A stretch of 64,000 bases of DNA from Eledone cirrhosa (GCA_964016885.1 OZ024741.1:374170001-374234000), one strand, 5' to 3'; shown: positions 40,059 to 55,008, numbered from the stretch's first letter. A program made the numbers and translations. The notes: generated by a model not told the origin, from the letters alone.

Positions 40059-40355
40059 TACACTCTCTCTCTTTCTTCTTTGTCTGCCTATCTATCTCTT
40101 TCTTACTCTCTCACTCTCTCTTCCTCACTCTCTCTCTCTCTCACTCTTACTGTCTCTGTCGATCTATCTCTTTCTTACTCTTTCTCTCTCTCTCTCACTG
40201 TCTGTTCCTCACTATCACTCTCTCTTTCTCTCTCTCTCTCTCTCTTTCTCTCTCTCCTTTGTCTGTCCATCTTTCTCTCCTCTTTGTCTGCCCATCTATC
40301 TCTTTCTTACTCTCTCTCTCCTCTTTGTCTCTCTCTCTCTCTCTCTCTAACTCTC
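40017..40355. repeat. (CT)n-rich compound microsatellite
   Basis: Directly visible. Confidence 0.9.
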
Positions 40356-40746
40356 AAGTAGACTGGCCAGAGCGATGCTTGGCAAATAAGTTAAGCTAAT
40401 AATTGTTAATAGTTATGTCGTATCTAGTTTTAATCAATGTCTGGTTTTCTGATGATGAGAGCAATGAGGATGAAACGTTAAGCCACAAGGTCATCATGTA
40501 TGAAATTTGTAGAAATATGTAGAAAAAAAACAAATTTCATACTTGACGACCCAATACTTCTTATAATACTTCTCAGATAAGTCACATGTTTTTGATGCAT
40601 TTAAATGCTGGGTTTCATTTTCGACGAAACTCCATTCTTATAGAAATGCTGGTAATTCCGATATCTTTCAATGGCTCACCACACATTTTCAACATTTTTT
40701 TTTTCGGATACATTTGATTTTCTATATAGCGATTATATATTATTAC

Positions 40747-40806
40747 ATTGGGTCATCAAGTATGAAATTTGTAGAAAAAGATTTCTACAAACTTGACGAC
40801 CCAATA
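40747..40806. mobile_element. tiny palindromic MITE-like element; related copy at about 40489-40556
   Basis: attgggtcatcaagt...acttgacgacccaat inverted ends. Confidence 0.45.
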
Positions 40807-41076
40807 TATTTCTAAGTAGACATCTTTGCTCTCTATCCCTTTTTTATCAATATATAAATATATATATATATATAAAAGAAGAGACGAGAGCAACTCAACT
40901 ATTCATTTCATAGATAAAATCACACCATTATATATATAAATATATATCTGTATATACTCACATTTATACACATACCCATACAAATATATGTGTAAACATA
41001 GATATATATATACATACGCATACAAATATATATCAAAATGAAAATCCGAAGGTAAGGTCAAATTCCAATCATTTAA

Positions 41077-41150
41077 TCACGACACATGTTTCAATAAGAG
41101 ATAGATCGATTGTGAAGCCATGATCGGTTATCACTGATCTCATCAGGTGA
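41077..41150 (-). ncRNA. type I hammerhead ribozyme motif
   Basis: Minus strand: tcac-CTGATGA-gatcagtgata...tatctcttatt-GAAAC-atgt-GTC-gtga. Stem I is tcac/gtga and the extended stem II is imperfect. Confidence 0.65.
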
Positions 41151-41265
41151 AAATGAATTGTCTTCAAATTCTTGATATGAGGGAGAAAAAAATAACGATG
41201 TTCTCTCACAGAATTCATTCCCTCATAAATTTATTGGACCATTTTACACAACCAATAATGCACCT

Positions 41266-42790
<1,525 letters not shown>

Positions 42791-42899
42791 TATTTTCTCC
42801 GGATTACTTTTGAAACTACAACTGGAACTGTCGAGCAAACTCTACGTGAGCTGTCCATCTACTGTGTGTAATATTCATATTACAACACTACAGAAAATA

Positions 42900-43025
<126 letters not shown>

Positions 43026-43197
43026 TTGTTTTTTTCCTTTGGTTTTTCTTCGGAAATACTTAACATATATATATATATATAGTAATATCCACTTCTGCGT
43101 TTACAGATTGACTTTGTTAGTTTCAGAAGATCCCGTTAAGGGTGAAAGCAGCGATTCTTTGCTTAAACTTTAATCTGTTATTTTAATATATATATAT

Positions 43198-43256
<59 letters not shown>

Positions 43257-43317
43257 TATATATATATATTTTTTTTCCTTTGCTTTTTCTTCGGAAATAC
43301 TTAACATATATATATAC

Positions 43318-43411
<94 letters not shown>

Positions 43412-43513
43412 TAAGAACACTAAAGTGACTTAAACATTCTGTTGTTAGTCACTTCATGTCTAACAGATATATTTTTTTTTTTTTTTTTTTCCTTCGAAGA
43501 AAAAGCGAAGGGG

Positions 43514-43610
<97 letters not shown>

Positions 43611-44242
43611 AGACACGAAGTGACTAACAACAGAATGTTTAAGTCACTTTAGTGTTCTTAACATATATGTGTAGATCGTCAATTTCTTTATCAAGGTCTG
43701 GCCGTGGCCGTGGTGATTACATGCCATTGGCTAATTTTCAACCAATCAGAGTAAGGGTTGCTCAAAAGCATCCGCCATGTTTTTTTTGTTTGTTTTCCTA
43801 GTTCATTTATTTTTGTTATTTCGTCGTTATATGATTTTTTTTTATTTATATCAACTATTTTTAAAACAAATGTAATATATTGACGTTAGGGTTAGGGTTA
43901 GGCGGTCAATAGATAAGATGAAAGTCTATCGTAAAAGTTTGTACAAATATTTTTAAATTTATCGTTTGTATAAACCGATTCTAAATTTTTGTTTGTAAAA
44001 CATGTTTAAACACTTCAAAATAGCGTATATTCATGTTCCGTAATGTTCCATTTTTGTGCGCCCTTGTGCCAAATAAAGAAATATATCTTTGTATCTTGTT
44101 CCTCTTTATATATTGCAATCGAGTATAGACAGTGTTCCGATTGTAATACAAACTGCACTTTGTTTGTAAATATTTGTAAAAATAATTTTTCTAAAAACAT
44201 TGTAAAAATTTGTGTCACACGCGTTTAAAAATCTTTGATATG

Positions 44243-44269
<27 letters not shown>

Positions 44270-44286
<17 letters not shown>

Positions 44287-44500
44287 TGCGGTTGTCTGTC
44301 TGTCTGTCTGTCTCTCTACTAAAACGGTCGCCACACATCTAAACTTATAGATTAAGCTCCAGCGGAGAGATCGGTCAAAAAAAATTTCAAATCGAATGTG
44401 TAATATTGATGTTTCAGTTAAAATGTATAAATACAGTTGAGAGACGAGTTATTTCCCTTTAATGCAACGTGAGCAGATGATAAATTATTGAAAAGGCGCA
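44270..44500 (-). mobile_element. Helentron/DINE-like 3' end with (GACA)n
   Basis: Reverse complement acagacagacagacaaccgcagttttatatatat resembles the 3' end at 35930-35949. Confidence 0.4.
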
Positions 44501-45621
44501 AATTTTCACTATTACACATTTGCATTATTGTCAGTATTAACTTCGCCTTTCATCCTTACGGGGTCGATAAAATAAAGTACCAGTAATACACTGTCACTAT
44601 AAGTAGATGCCCATTCACAAACAGTATTGAAAATATGTTCTTCGACAAATAAAAATGTTTTGTTAATACTATTTCGACTAGCGTTTGTTGTTCTACTCCA
44701 CGCACGACCACCACAAATTGGTGACCAGCTCAACACAAGTATTGGTAGAGCGTCAGACACCATGCTTTGCAGCCTTGTTATGGCCCTTTGAGTTCTAAGT
44801 TCAAATCCCGCCGAGGTTAACTTTGCCTTTCATCCTTACCAGTTCGATAAAATAAAGTACCAGTAATGGACTGTGGTAATGGCTTGGTGCCGAAAAATAG
44901 AAACACTATTAATGTGCAATAAGAGCAAAATCTCACGACATTGCTCAATTATTTTATCTAATGTTGCAACAATACAGGGAAATGTAGTTTGTGTATTTTT
45001 TTTAATATTTGCTCATAGGCTTTTCCAATTTCGCTCAGCCAACAACTATTAAAAAGAGAGTTGCTTAAGATAACAATTTAATCACAAATTGTTATCTTTT
45101 AATACACTCCAAAAAGTCATCAAATTATGTGCAATAAGAACAAATCTCATTAATTTGCTCAGGGAATAAAGAAAATTTATATAGACTGATAATTGCAATT
45201 GTATGTAAATATTTTATTTTTATATTGTTTATTTATTTTATGTTTTCTATTATGTATAATATATTGATTTAATATTGATTGTTTTTTGTTGTTGTTTATA
45301 TTAAAAGTCTGAAAATATTTTTATACATCTTACACTAATATTTATAAGATCATTTATAATAACAATTATATAATCTAATTACATTACAACGATAATTTAT
45401 TATTAATATATATCATGTTTAACTAGAGTTATTACAAGCGTTGCCTTAAAAAAATATTAAACTAGACATGAAAAATGCGCAAGCTCAAAAGAGCCACAGA
45501 ATGTTATAATAAACCTTCAAAAGTGTGGGACTAGAGTTGTTACTCAAAAATATTGTAATCATTATCTATCGTACATTCTGTGGCATCATTTATAAAAATA
45601 TCACAATAAATACATCTATGT

Positions 45622-46228
45622 ATACTGATTAATGTTCAGAGCCATCCTCAGCATTCTCGTGTAGCACCCATACACCATCTGAGTGAGTTTCTTGGTCAGT
45701 GTTCAAGTCTCAGACCCGTACAGCAGCACAGACTCCACTACAGCAATGAAGAGGCGGATTTTCAGGTCTTCACGAAGGTCCGACTTCCACACCGATCTCA
45801 AGCTGTGGCACGCCGCCCAGGCTTTGCTCTTCCTCTCAACCACATCATCTTCCGCATTCCCAATCTTTGCTCCCAAATACAGGAAGCCCTCAACCAATTC
45901 TAGCGGCTTCCCGCCTACATTAGAGGATGAAAAACTCAAAGCTGTATGGGAGCCTCCCAAAAGTCAGCTCAAAAGTGACACAGAGGAGACTGAGGTTAGC
46001 TGGACATGCTCACCGACATCCAGAGTTGACATTGCACTCAGTGCTCCTGTGGGAGCCCCTACATGGACACACTGGAAGAGGAAGACCAAGGTTAACGTAT
46101 GTTGATGCCCTAAGGGCAGACACTGGTCTGTTGGAGACGCAGGACATGGCAGCGATAATGAGGGACAGAGACCGCTGGAGAGAACTCGTCTATGGATCTC
46201 GGGAATTTTACCCGCCCTAGATAGATAG
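45622..46228 (+). mobile_element. RTE-clade LINE with 5' inversion; 12-bp TSD atacatctatgt
   Basis: Minus-strand piece FLYLG...VESVLLYGSET*..RMLRMALN (about 45630-45920) and plus-strand piece KNSKLYG...RRLRLAGH...GRPRLTYVD (45927-46220). (TAGA)n tail; TSD at 45610-21 and 46229-40. Confidence 0.85.
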
Positions 46229-46417
46229 ATACATCTATGTTTAATGTAATAACAGCTATAATTACGTAATATTATTAAACATAGATGTATTTATTGTGAT
46301 ATTTTTATAAAGGATGCCACAGAATGTACGATAGATAATGATTACAATATTTTTGAGTAACAACTCTAGTCCCACACTTTTGAAGGTTTATTATAACATT
46401 CTGTGGCGCATTTTTCA

Positions 46418-46454
<37 letters not shown>

Positions 46455-47287
46455 TCACTTACCATTCTACCCGACTGCTGCTATGCCTTTATCTCTGATC
46501 ACCTCCCCGCACACACAGACACACAACCCTCCTCCTGCCTTGACCCTCTGACCACTTCCGGTTGCGCGCGCACCCCACATCTCCCCTCTTCCGACCAATC
46601 TCTTCACGGATTACACATATGTGAACATCGATCCTTAGAATCCACCACATCCCAAGGATATTACCCAGCATTCCACCACATCCTCTACGGAACTACATTA
46701 AGGACTCACCCACTGACATACACTCAAAAAAATTTTTTCCCAAACGTCACCTACATCCACAACACGCATAAACACCACACACACGTGCGTACCACCACAT
46801 ATTTACACACTCAGCCTCCGGAATCCTCTCCCCCACCCCTCTGACCCCTCCCCATCCACATACGCAGCACACACACTCCGACCTACACCCAATCCCACAC
46901 ACACCTCTTCCTGAACATGCAACCCCGTTCTTCCCCCAACTCTTACTTTCACATACACACACACACACACACACACACGTACACCTACACACACACACAC
47001 ACGTACACCTACACACACACACACACACACACGTACACCTACACACACACACCACCTTCAGCCCTCCCCGCTCAGACACCCCGCCTCCCTCTCCCCACTC
47101 CACCCGCCACCACCCCTACACGCCCCACACCCTTCCACCACCTGTTTTACTTCTTGTTTATTTTTATTTTTATCATGCTTTTATATTTAATTTCATTTGT
47201 ACCGTTTCCTCTCACCCCCTTTTTTCTATATGTCTCTCCACCACTCCCCTACACACCCTTGGAACTCTCTTCCCACACACTTTTCAC

Positions 47288-47318
47288 CTGAAGAAGGGCT
47301 TATGCCCGAAACGTTGTT
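47288..47318 (+). ncRNA. minimal hammerhead-like core, stem I not evident
   Basis: CTGAAGA-a-gggc-ttat-gccc-GAAAC-gtt-GTT. Confidence 0.4.
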
Positions 47319-47974
47319 CCCCACCACCACCCCACTCTCAAGAGCGTGAAACTAATAAACCTTTGTTCGTACTGCCTCTCTGTTTTGTTCCCGTTCAATT
47401 TTTTACTATATATATATATGTGTGTGTGTGTGTGTTTACACATATTTGTATGGGTATGTGTATAAATGTGATATATATTTATGTATATATATTTATGTAT
47501 ATAAGGGTGTGATTTTATCTATGAAATGAATAGTTGAGTTGCTCTCGTTTCTTCTTTTATTTTTATTTTTAGTTAACACCACACGGATAAAATTCTAATT
47601 AAATTTACTTAGCCAGAATCTAATTTCTATAGGAAGATATATAAAAATATTTTATATATAAATAGCAAACACCATCTGCATAGTTTCAAACCAAGCCATT
47701 ATGACAAAAGAAGATAAGAAGAAAAAAGAAAGAGAAGAAAAATATAGAAAGAAAAAATAGTTAGTAGAATAATCAGGATTTTTACTTTAGATACAAGGCC
47801 GGTAATTTGGCGGGAGGAGTAAATCAATTATAGAGACACCCAAAGAATAAAAAGTAGAGTTGACCTTGGTGGGATTTAAACTCAGAGCGCAGAGTACTGG
47901 AACGAATACTGTAATGCAATCTGTAAGACGCTCTAACGATTCTGCCAATCCAACACCCTACATTGGTAGTGTAA

Positions 47975-48558
47975 TAATTGTTTCTAGTTTTGGCACAAGG
48001 CCATCAATTTCCCCCAGTGCATTACTGGTACTTTATTACATCGTCCCCGTAAGGATGAAAGGCAAAGTTAACCTCGGCGGGATTTGAACTCAGAACGTAA
48101 AGGGACATAACTCTATGCTGCAAAGCATGGTGTCTGACGTTCTACCGATACTGATAATTGTTTCTACTTTAGGCACAAGGCCAGCAAATACCCAGTACAT
48201 TACTGGTACTTTATTTTATCGACCCCGTAAGGATGAAAGGCAAAGTTAATCTCGACGGGATTTGAACTCTGACCGTAAAGGGACGTAACTATGCTAGAAA
48301 GCTTGGCGTCCGACCCTCTACCGATACTGCCAGTTCACCAATGGTTTCTGTTTAGGCAAAAAGCCAACAATTTGGGGGAAAGGGGAAAGTCGAAAAAAAT
48401 AGACACCAGTGCGTTACTGGTACTTTATTTCATTGACCCGTCAGAATGAAAGGTAAGACTAACCTCGGCAGGATTTGAACTCAGAAAGTAAAGGTACCTA
48501 ACTATATGCTGCAAAGCATGTTGCCCGACGCTCTACCTCTTCTGCCACTCCACCGCCC
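47975..48558 (-). mobile_element. three tandem main-SINE copies
   Basis: Three successive tail-central-head units on the minus strand. Confidence 0.8.
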
Positions 48559-48937
48559 TACAGTTGGTAGAGTAATAACGATAAGTATAAGTTTATAGAC
48601 AGACAGATAGATAGAGAGATGGATGGAACATGGTAAATGACTAACAAGGTCTGGCGCCAGTAGGTCAGACGACCAATAAACACCATAAACACCAGACCAA
48701 TATATCCATATGATCGAAAAAGAGGCGAAAGCTGAGACTGAAGCTCATAAAATCTCACCAGCAACAAAGCTTAAAACAGTTGAAGTAGAATCTCAGTCAC
48801 AGAGATTCAACGAAAATATTTTGAGACATCATAAAATAAATAAAAAGTGAACATGATAGTTTTTGTGTATGTTTTTAGAAAGCTAAAATAGCTCTTCCAC
48901 GATGTTTGCTCATGCGTGCCATTTATGTCTACCTGAT

Positions 48938-49017
<80 letters not shown>

Positions 49018-49276
49018 GTATTTCCATAGAAAGGGTAAAGGGAAGGAGAGAGCTATCTAAATATGTAATAAACAACACAATACAATTATTCCATTTACCA
49101 AAGGTTTCACGAAGACAGGCGAGCTCAGCAGAGACGTCTGAAATCGTTTATCAGAGGGAAATATCCATACTAAATTTTTCCTTCTGATATATATATATTG
49201 AAGGAGTTGTGGTAAGAAACCAGATGGACCATAACGCACCAGAGTACTCAATACTTATGGTAGTAGAGTGGGTAAT

Positions 49277-49882
49277 ATATATATATATATATATATATAG
49301 TGAGTTAGAAATTCAGAGTAGTCTCTTACAATTAAATAGCTCTAAGAAAAAAACTTTTCCGAGCCGTGTAATATAATTGAATAAACAAGAGAGATTAACG
49401 CTAATATAAACATACATGTGTTCGAATCGTAAGGACTAGGTTAGCTAGGGTGAAAAAATACTAACTACAGCAATATGGTTTGTCAGACTTAATTTTAAGT
49501 AGTAAATTAAGAAAAAGAACAGACCTATATCGGGCAATAGCCTGGTAACAACTAGACAGTTTTGAAAACTGTTCCGCAACATCTTATTAAGTGAAGTCAA
49601 TACCTTTCTCTGCTCCTCAGTAGTTGTTGAGAAATTAGCGATCCTTCCACTTCTAAAAATATTAGAAGACTGAATTGTGTGCGATATGAAATAGCGCACG
49701 TGTCTCCGGAACCCAGCTTGCCTCGAAATCCCATGCCGCTAAAAATAGCAGCCTGGTTAACAAGACATTAAAATTAGCTCTACATGGAGCTGACAAATAT
49801 ATAGTGAGTTAGAAACTCAGAGTAGTCTCTTACAATTAAATAGCTCTCAGAAAAAAGCTTTTCCGAGCCGTGTAAATATAAT
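49277..49882 (-). mobile_element. non-coding element with about 85-bp direct terminal repeats; family also at 19060-19287 and 25790-25850
   Basis: atatagtgagttagaaa(t/c)tcagagtagtctcttacaattaaatagctct...ttttccgagccgtgtaa occurs at 49277 and 49798. Confidence 0.55.
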
Positions 49883-50208
49883 AAGTTGACGGGACAAGCG
49901 TAGGTTTCGCTGCTAGTACCGGTTGCATCTCAGCGTACTCAATAGGTAATGTTATGTAAAATCCCATATATATATATATATAGTTTGTTTGCTTTTTATG
50001 CGAACTTCAAGTACGCGAATTCGTTTTAACGCCTCTTGAAAAATATTATTAAATTTTCACTTTGCACGAATAACGCGCTATGACGCGTGTGGTTTTTAAT
50101 CTTTTTATTTATCAGAAATATAATACTTGAATTACGCAACTTTGCTTTACGCACCGCTTTCACGAACGCATCTTCGCGTGTGTGTGTATATATATATATA
50201 TATTTCGA

Positions 50209-50266
50209 ATACCTGATGATATCACCGGATTCATACGGAACCCGGTCATTGAAATGATCATAGTAT
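50209..50266 (+). ncRNA. type I hammerhead ribozyme motif, partly degenerate stem II
   Basis: atac-CTGATGA-tatcaccgg...ccggtcatt-GAAA-tgatc-ATA-gtat, followed by aataaa. Confidence 0.55.
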
Positions 50267-50823
50267 AATAAACCTTTCAAGGATTTACACAAATCCAGCC
50301 TCCTGTCATTTCATTATAATATTTAACTCCATAATAGCACCACCAACTACAAAAACAAAGACGGTTGAACTGCTTTACGTTGAGTACTCTCTATATTATT
50401 ACATTACGATTGACCATACGGAATAGACCAGCTCTATCAAGTGGTGAACCTCAAACCTGAATAACTAATGCTCCTGAAATGTTGAGCTAATAATGAACAG
50501 CGGCATGGGACTGAATATATCTAACCACAATTCGAACTTTGGCTACTCGGTGTTTTCGCCTGGCCCATTGCTACTTCCCTCTCAGAATATTCGGACTTCG
50601 ACGAAACTCTACGGATTATACCATAACATGTATTGTACTGCACTGTATTAACTAAATTCGCTACCCTATACTTCTGGGCATGTATAACTCACACTGAATT
50701 CCCAGACTCGAACACACACTGATTCCATTTGAAATGATGTAGTTTGGCAGGCTGTCAACCGACATTCTGCACAATTTAGTATAGCTAGATCCGAACTTAG
50801 AAATATTATGGAAGCATAATAGA

Positions 50824-53018
50824 ATGGAGGCCCAGCAACTGGGAGAAAAATCTGCAAATGGCTTGCGTAAGCTCATGCAGCGCTCGCGTAATGGAGAGAT
50901 AGCATGCTTTCCAACAGACAAGTCTGGCAGAATGTCGGTTGACAGCCTGCCAAACTACATCCAGGCAATGCAACCCCACATCACTAACACAAGAGAGGTA
51001 ACACCACAGGAGCATGAGGATAGAGAAAAAGCCCTCAATGCCCATATGGTGATGTGGACGAATATAATGCAGCCCAACAAAAGGACTGCCAACAACTTCC
51101 AGGCCTGGAACAATGACGTGCCGGTGTTGTATGGGCTTCGAAAAGACCATAAAACGGGCAGTGACCCTGTCACGGGACCACCAACACGGCCAGTCTGTGG
51201 AGCTAACATTGCTAGTAACTACAGACTGTCCTACTTCCTCTCCCTGATCATACGCCCCATCATTGAAATGTCCCAGATGTATGTGACAGCACGGAGGACC
51301 TCCTCAGCAGAATCGGCGAGGGTAACCGATATAGGGACCTAACAAACTGCATAATAGGTAGTATGGATGTTGTGTCCCTGTATCCATCTATTGACGTGGA
51401 TTTTGCTGTGGAGAAATGCGTAGAAATGATCAGTGAGAGCAATGTTGAGTTCCGTGGGATTGATACCAGTGAGCTGGGACTCCTACTTAAACTTACCTAT
51501 AGTAATAATTACCTAGACACATATGACCTTAGCGACCTGTGCCCTACAAGACCAGCAAGAGGCAGACCACCTACCATTACCTCAATGGCCAAGAAAACCC
51601 ACACAGATAGATGGAACGGGTGGACCAGAGTCATACGGACACCCGAAAACCACGATGAACTGAAGAAAATGATTGCACATGCGGTAGGGGCCAGCATAAA
51701 ACTAACCCTTAAGGAACATATGTTCAAATTTAATGGAAAAACATATGCCCAAGAGGAAGGAGCAGCCATTGGTGTTAGCATTGCAGGCGACATAGCTAAC
51801 TTATTCATGGTATGGTGGGATAGTAGACTTAAACTTAAACTTAAAGAACAATTAGAAGACCCCTTAACCCTGATAATGTACTCCCGCTACGTTGATGATA
51901 TAAACATCGTAGTTAAGACACCCCCACTAGAGAACAGTCAGGAACTAGAGAAAAACACAATGGAAAGCATCCAGCAAATAGCTAACTCCATCCACCAGAG
52001 CATTAGAGTTACTACAGACTACCCAAGTAAACACCCCAACCATCGATTACCTGTACTAGACACAGAGCTCTGGTTAGATACCATTAATAACAAAAAACAA
52101 ATCCTCCATTCCCATTATGCCAAACCCATGACTTCCAAACATCTGATCCACCGAAACTCGGCCGTTTCGGACCATACCAAAATCAACATACTGATTGCGG
52201 ATTTGGTACGGGTGATGAGAAACGTGTCCCGCATGTGCAACCCCGAAGAACTAGAGAGACACATACAACACTTCATCCACCGTATGCAGTTCTCTGGCTA
52301 CAATCAGAGAGATAAAATCAGAGTGTATAGAGGAGCCAGAACCAAATGGAAAAAAATGGTAAATAATGACATAAATGGGACCTGCCCTTTGTATAGAAGC
52401 AAATTTTGAAATAGAATAGAAAGAACTAGGAACAAGGCTAATAGAATAAACTCATGGTATAATAGCAATAAATACCAGAGTGTAATGTTCATCGATACAA
52501 CCCCTAGAGGTGAATTAGCTTACAAATTTAGAAGGGCCCTAGATAAACATAAACTCAATATTAAGATAGTAGAAAGACCAGGTACCTCCGTAAAAACACT
52601 TATTAGCAAGACATACCCTTTTCAAAGACCCTCATGTATAGATAAGAAATGTATAACCTGTAAAATAAGCCCCCATATTAACTGTAAAACTAGAAATGTA
52701 GTGTATAGCATAAGATGTACTGAAGGACAATGTAGAGACAAAAATATAGTGTACATAGGTGAGACAGCTCGTAATGTAGGGGAACGGATAAATGAACACT
52801 GGCGAGACCTTCAAGATAGTAAAGAATCATCTGTACTCTACCAACATGCTAAAATAGAACACAAAGGTAAATTAGAGAACATAGAAATAAAAATAGAATC
52901 TACACACAGAAAAGACGCAATGTTTAGACAAATCACAGAGGCAATAAACATAAAAGAATTACAACCAAAATTAAATAGAAAATATGAGTGGAACAGCAAC
53001 ATCACAACTTACAATTAA
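50824..53018 (+). pseudogene. PLE polyprotein: RT and GIY-YIG endonuclease; one frameshift (about 51275) and one stop (52407-09)
   Basis: PTDKSGR, LYGLRKDHK, TRPVC, MDVVSLYPSI, QEEGAAIG, YSRYVDD, LPVLD, CIDKKCITC, NVVYSIRC..C..VYIGETARNVGERINEH, RQITEAINI..PKLNRKYEW. Confidence 0.9.
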
Positions 53019-53219
53019 GGACAAAATGAAAACACACACACACATAGAACAAACAACCAACCAGTAACATGTAAATAAACAAATAAATAAATGAACATAA
53101 ACACACACAGACACGCGGATGTGGCGCATGCGCAGACTGAGCACACAACACACACACAGAAACAAAATGGCGTAGGACAGAACAAAGGAGAGGCACAGAA
53201 ACAAAGAAAGGAATCCCCA

Positions 53220-53262
53220 GTCACTGAAGAGGTCACAGAGTGTGTGACGAAAGAACTATGAC
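53220..53262 (+). ncRNA. minimal type I hammerhead ribozyme in the PLE 3' UTR
   Basis: gtca-CTGAAGA-g-gtcaca-gagtg-tgtgac-GAAA-gaa-CTA-tgac; stems I and II are perfect and stem III is minimal. Confidence 0.75.
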
Positions 53263-53473
53263 AATATATAAACAACTATCTGGTTGTGGAACCAACCAAC
53301 CAACCAGAAATTTATAAATTTATAAATTTATTATAAATTTATTATAATAAATTGAAGTGAAAGCAACTGGTGCGTGTGTTTCTTATTGGCAACATGACCC
53401 TCCCAAAGTATAACAATATCGGTTTCAACACACGATTTCAGATAAAGAATCTTGCTAAACAAATTCAGAAACG

Positions 53474-53542
<69 letters not shown>

Positions 53543-54099
53543 CATACCAATATTGGCTCCGCATACAGGTCTTCGGGACCACCTATCCTATATATACATA
53601 TTTAGAAGACCTCTATATGTATATATAGAAGACCTCCCCATATAAAGTACTGTGTGAAATGCCGTTGGATGTAAAAATAAAACATAATCGCTACTTAAAT
53701 ATATTTATTAATTTAATAACCTGATACGAGTCTATTGTTGACAATGTAAGAAAACAAGGCTTAAGTTGTTGTGGTGTATGCGTGTGTGCAATTATTCAAA
53801 AGTTGTTATTTAGCGTACTTTTGTAATACGATGATGCCTGACAGCGAGAGAGACCAAGAGAGAGAGGGGATGACAGTGAGAGACCCAAAGGGTCTGTGTG
53901 AGACAGTAGACTACATCTTAACTGCTCGGAATCAATTCCGCAACTCTCTTCTTTGACTCTGGGAGCCGGCTATTTATCATTATCGCTCGTTCTGTCTACA
54001 AAACACAAGAATAAGCAGAGGACAGTTTGCTATGTCAAAATCTCAGACATATTGGCGACTAAAACTAAAATCCGATTCACAATACCATATCATGTTCCA

Positions 54100-54526
54100 C
54101 ATTAATTCCTTTTTCTTCTTTTTTTTTTCTTTTTTCTTTTTACTTCAAAAACCTTGTTTGTAAATAATATTATTCTTTCTTTCCCATTTCCTTAACATGT
54201 TCAACATCACATTATTTTCTCTCCAACATTTTAAACCAATACAAATTCCCCCCTTTGATAATGCATACAATGCTGAAACCGGTAATAGACAATTACTAAA
54301 TATATAAATAAATAAATAAATAGATAAATGCCATTGTTAATTAATAAATAAATTAACTAATATCTTAACACTTCACACAAAATAAAATATTTTGTTTAAA
54401 ACATTTTCTAACCTAGAAAAAAGAGAAATAAATAAAAGGAAAAAAAATATTTTTCTTCCTAATAATCGTCTTTTTCTCCCTATTTTCATATATATATTCC
54501 AACTCATGTGGTCCTTCTCCACATTA

Positions 54527-54608
<82 letters not shown>

Positions 54609-55008
54609 GAAAACAGGGAGAAAGAGACGATTATTAGGAAGAAAAATATTTTTTTTTCCCGTTTTGTTTCTCTCTCTTTTCTGGGTTAGGAAATGATTAA
54701 AACGAAATGTTTTACTTTGTGTGAAGTGTTAATGTATTAGTTGATTTATTTATTATTTAACAATGTGACATTTATTTATCTATTTATATATTTAACTATT
54801 GTCTATTACCGGTTTCAGCATTTTTATGCATTATCAAATGATAGTGAAATGTATTAGTGTGGTGTCACACATGTTAAACAGAAGGTGCAGAAAGAATAAT
54901 GTTATTTACAAACAAGGTTTATGAAGTGAAAAGAAAAAAGAAAAAAGAAAGAAAAGAAAACGGGCATAATGTAGGGCATAAAAAGTCAATGTGGAAGAAA
55001 AAATAATG

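Larger units (their letters stand above)
50771..53330 (+). mobile_element. Penelope-like retroelement (Neptune-type architecture), 5'-truncated
   Basis: RT + Cys-rich linker + GIY-YIG endonuclease, and a 3' UTR with a hammerhead motif. Confidence 0.88.

Noticed and set aside
40449-40480. CTGATGA...GAAACGTT motif
   Set aside because: No stem II complementarity.
43886-43902. (TTAGGG)3 as a telomere or fusion site
   Set aside because: Only three units inside ordinary repeat-like sequence.
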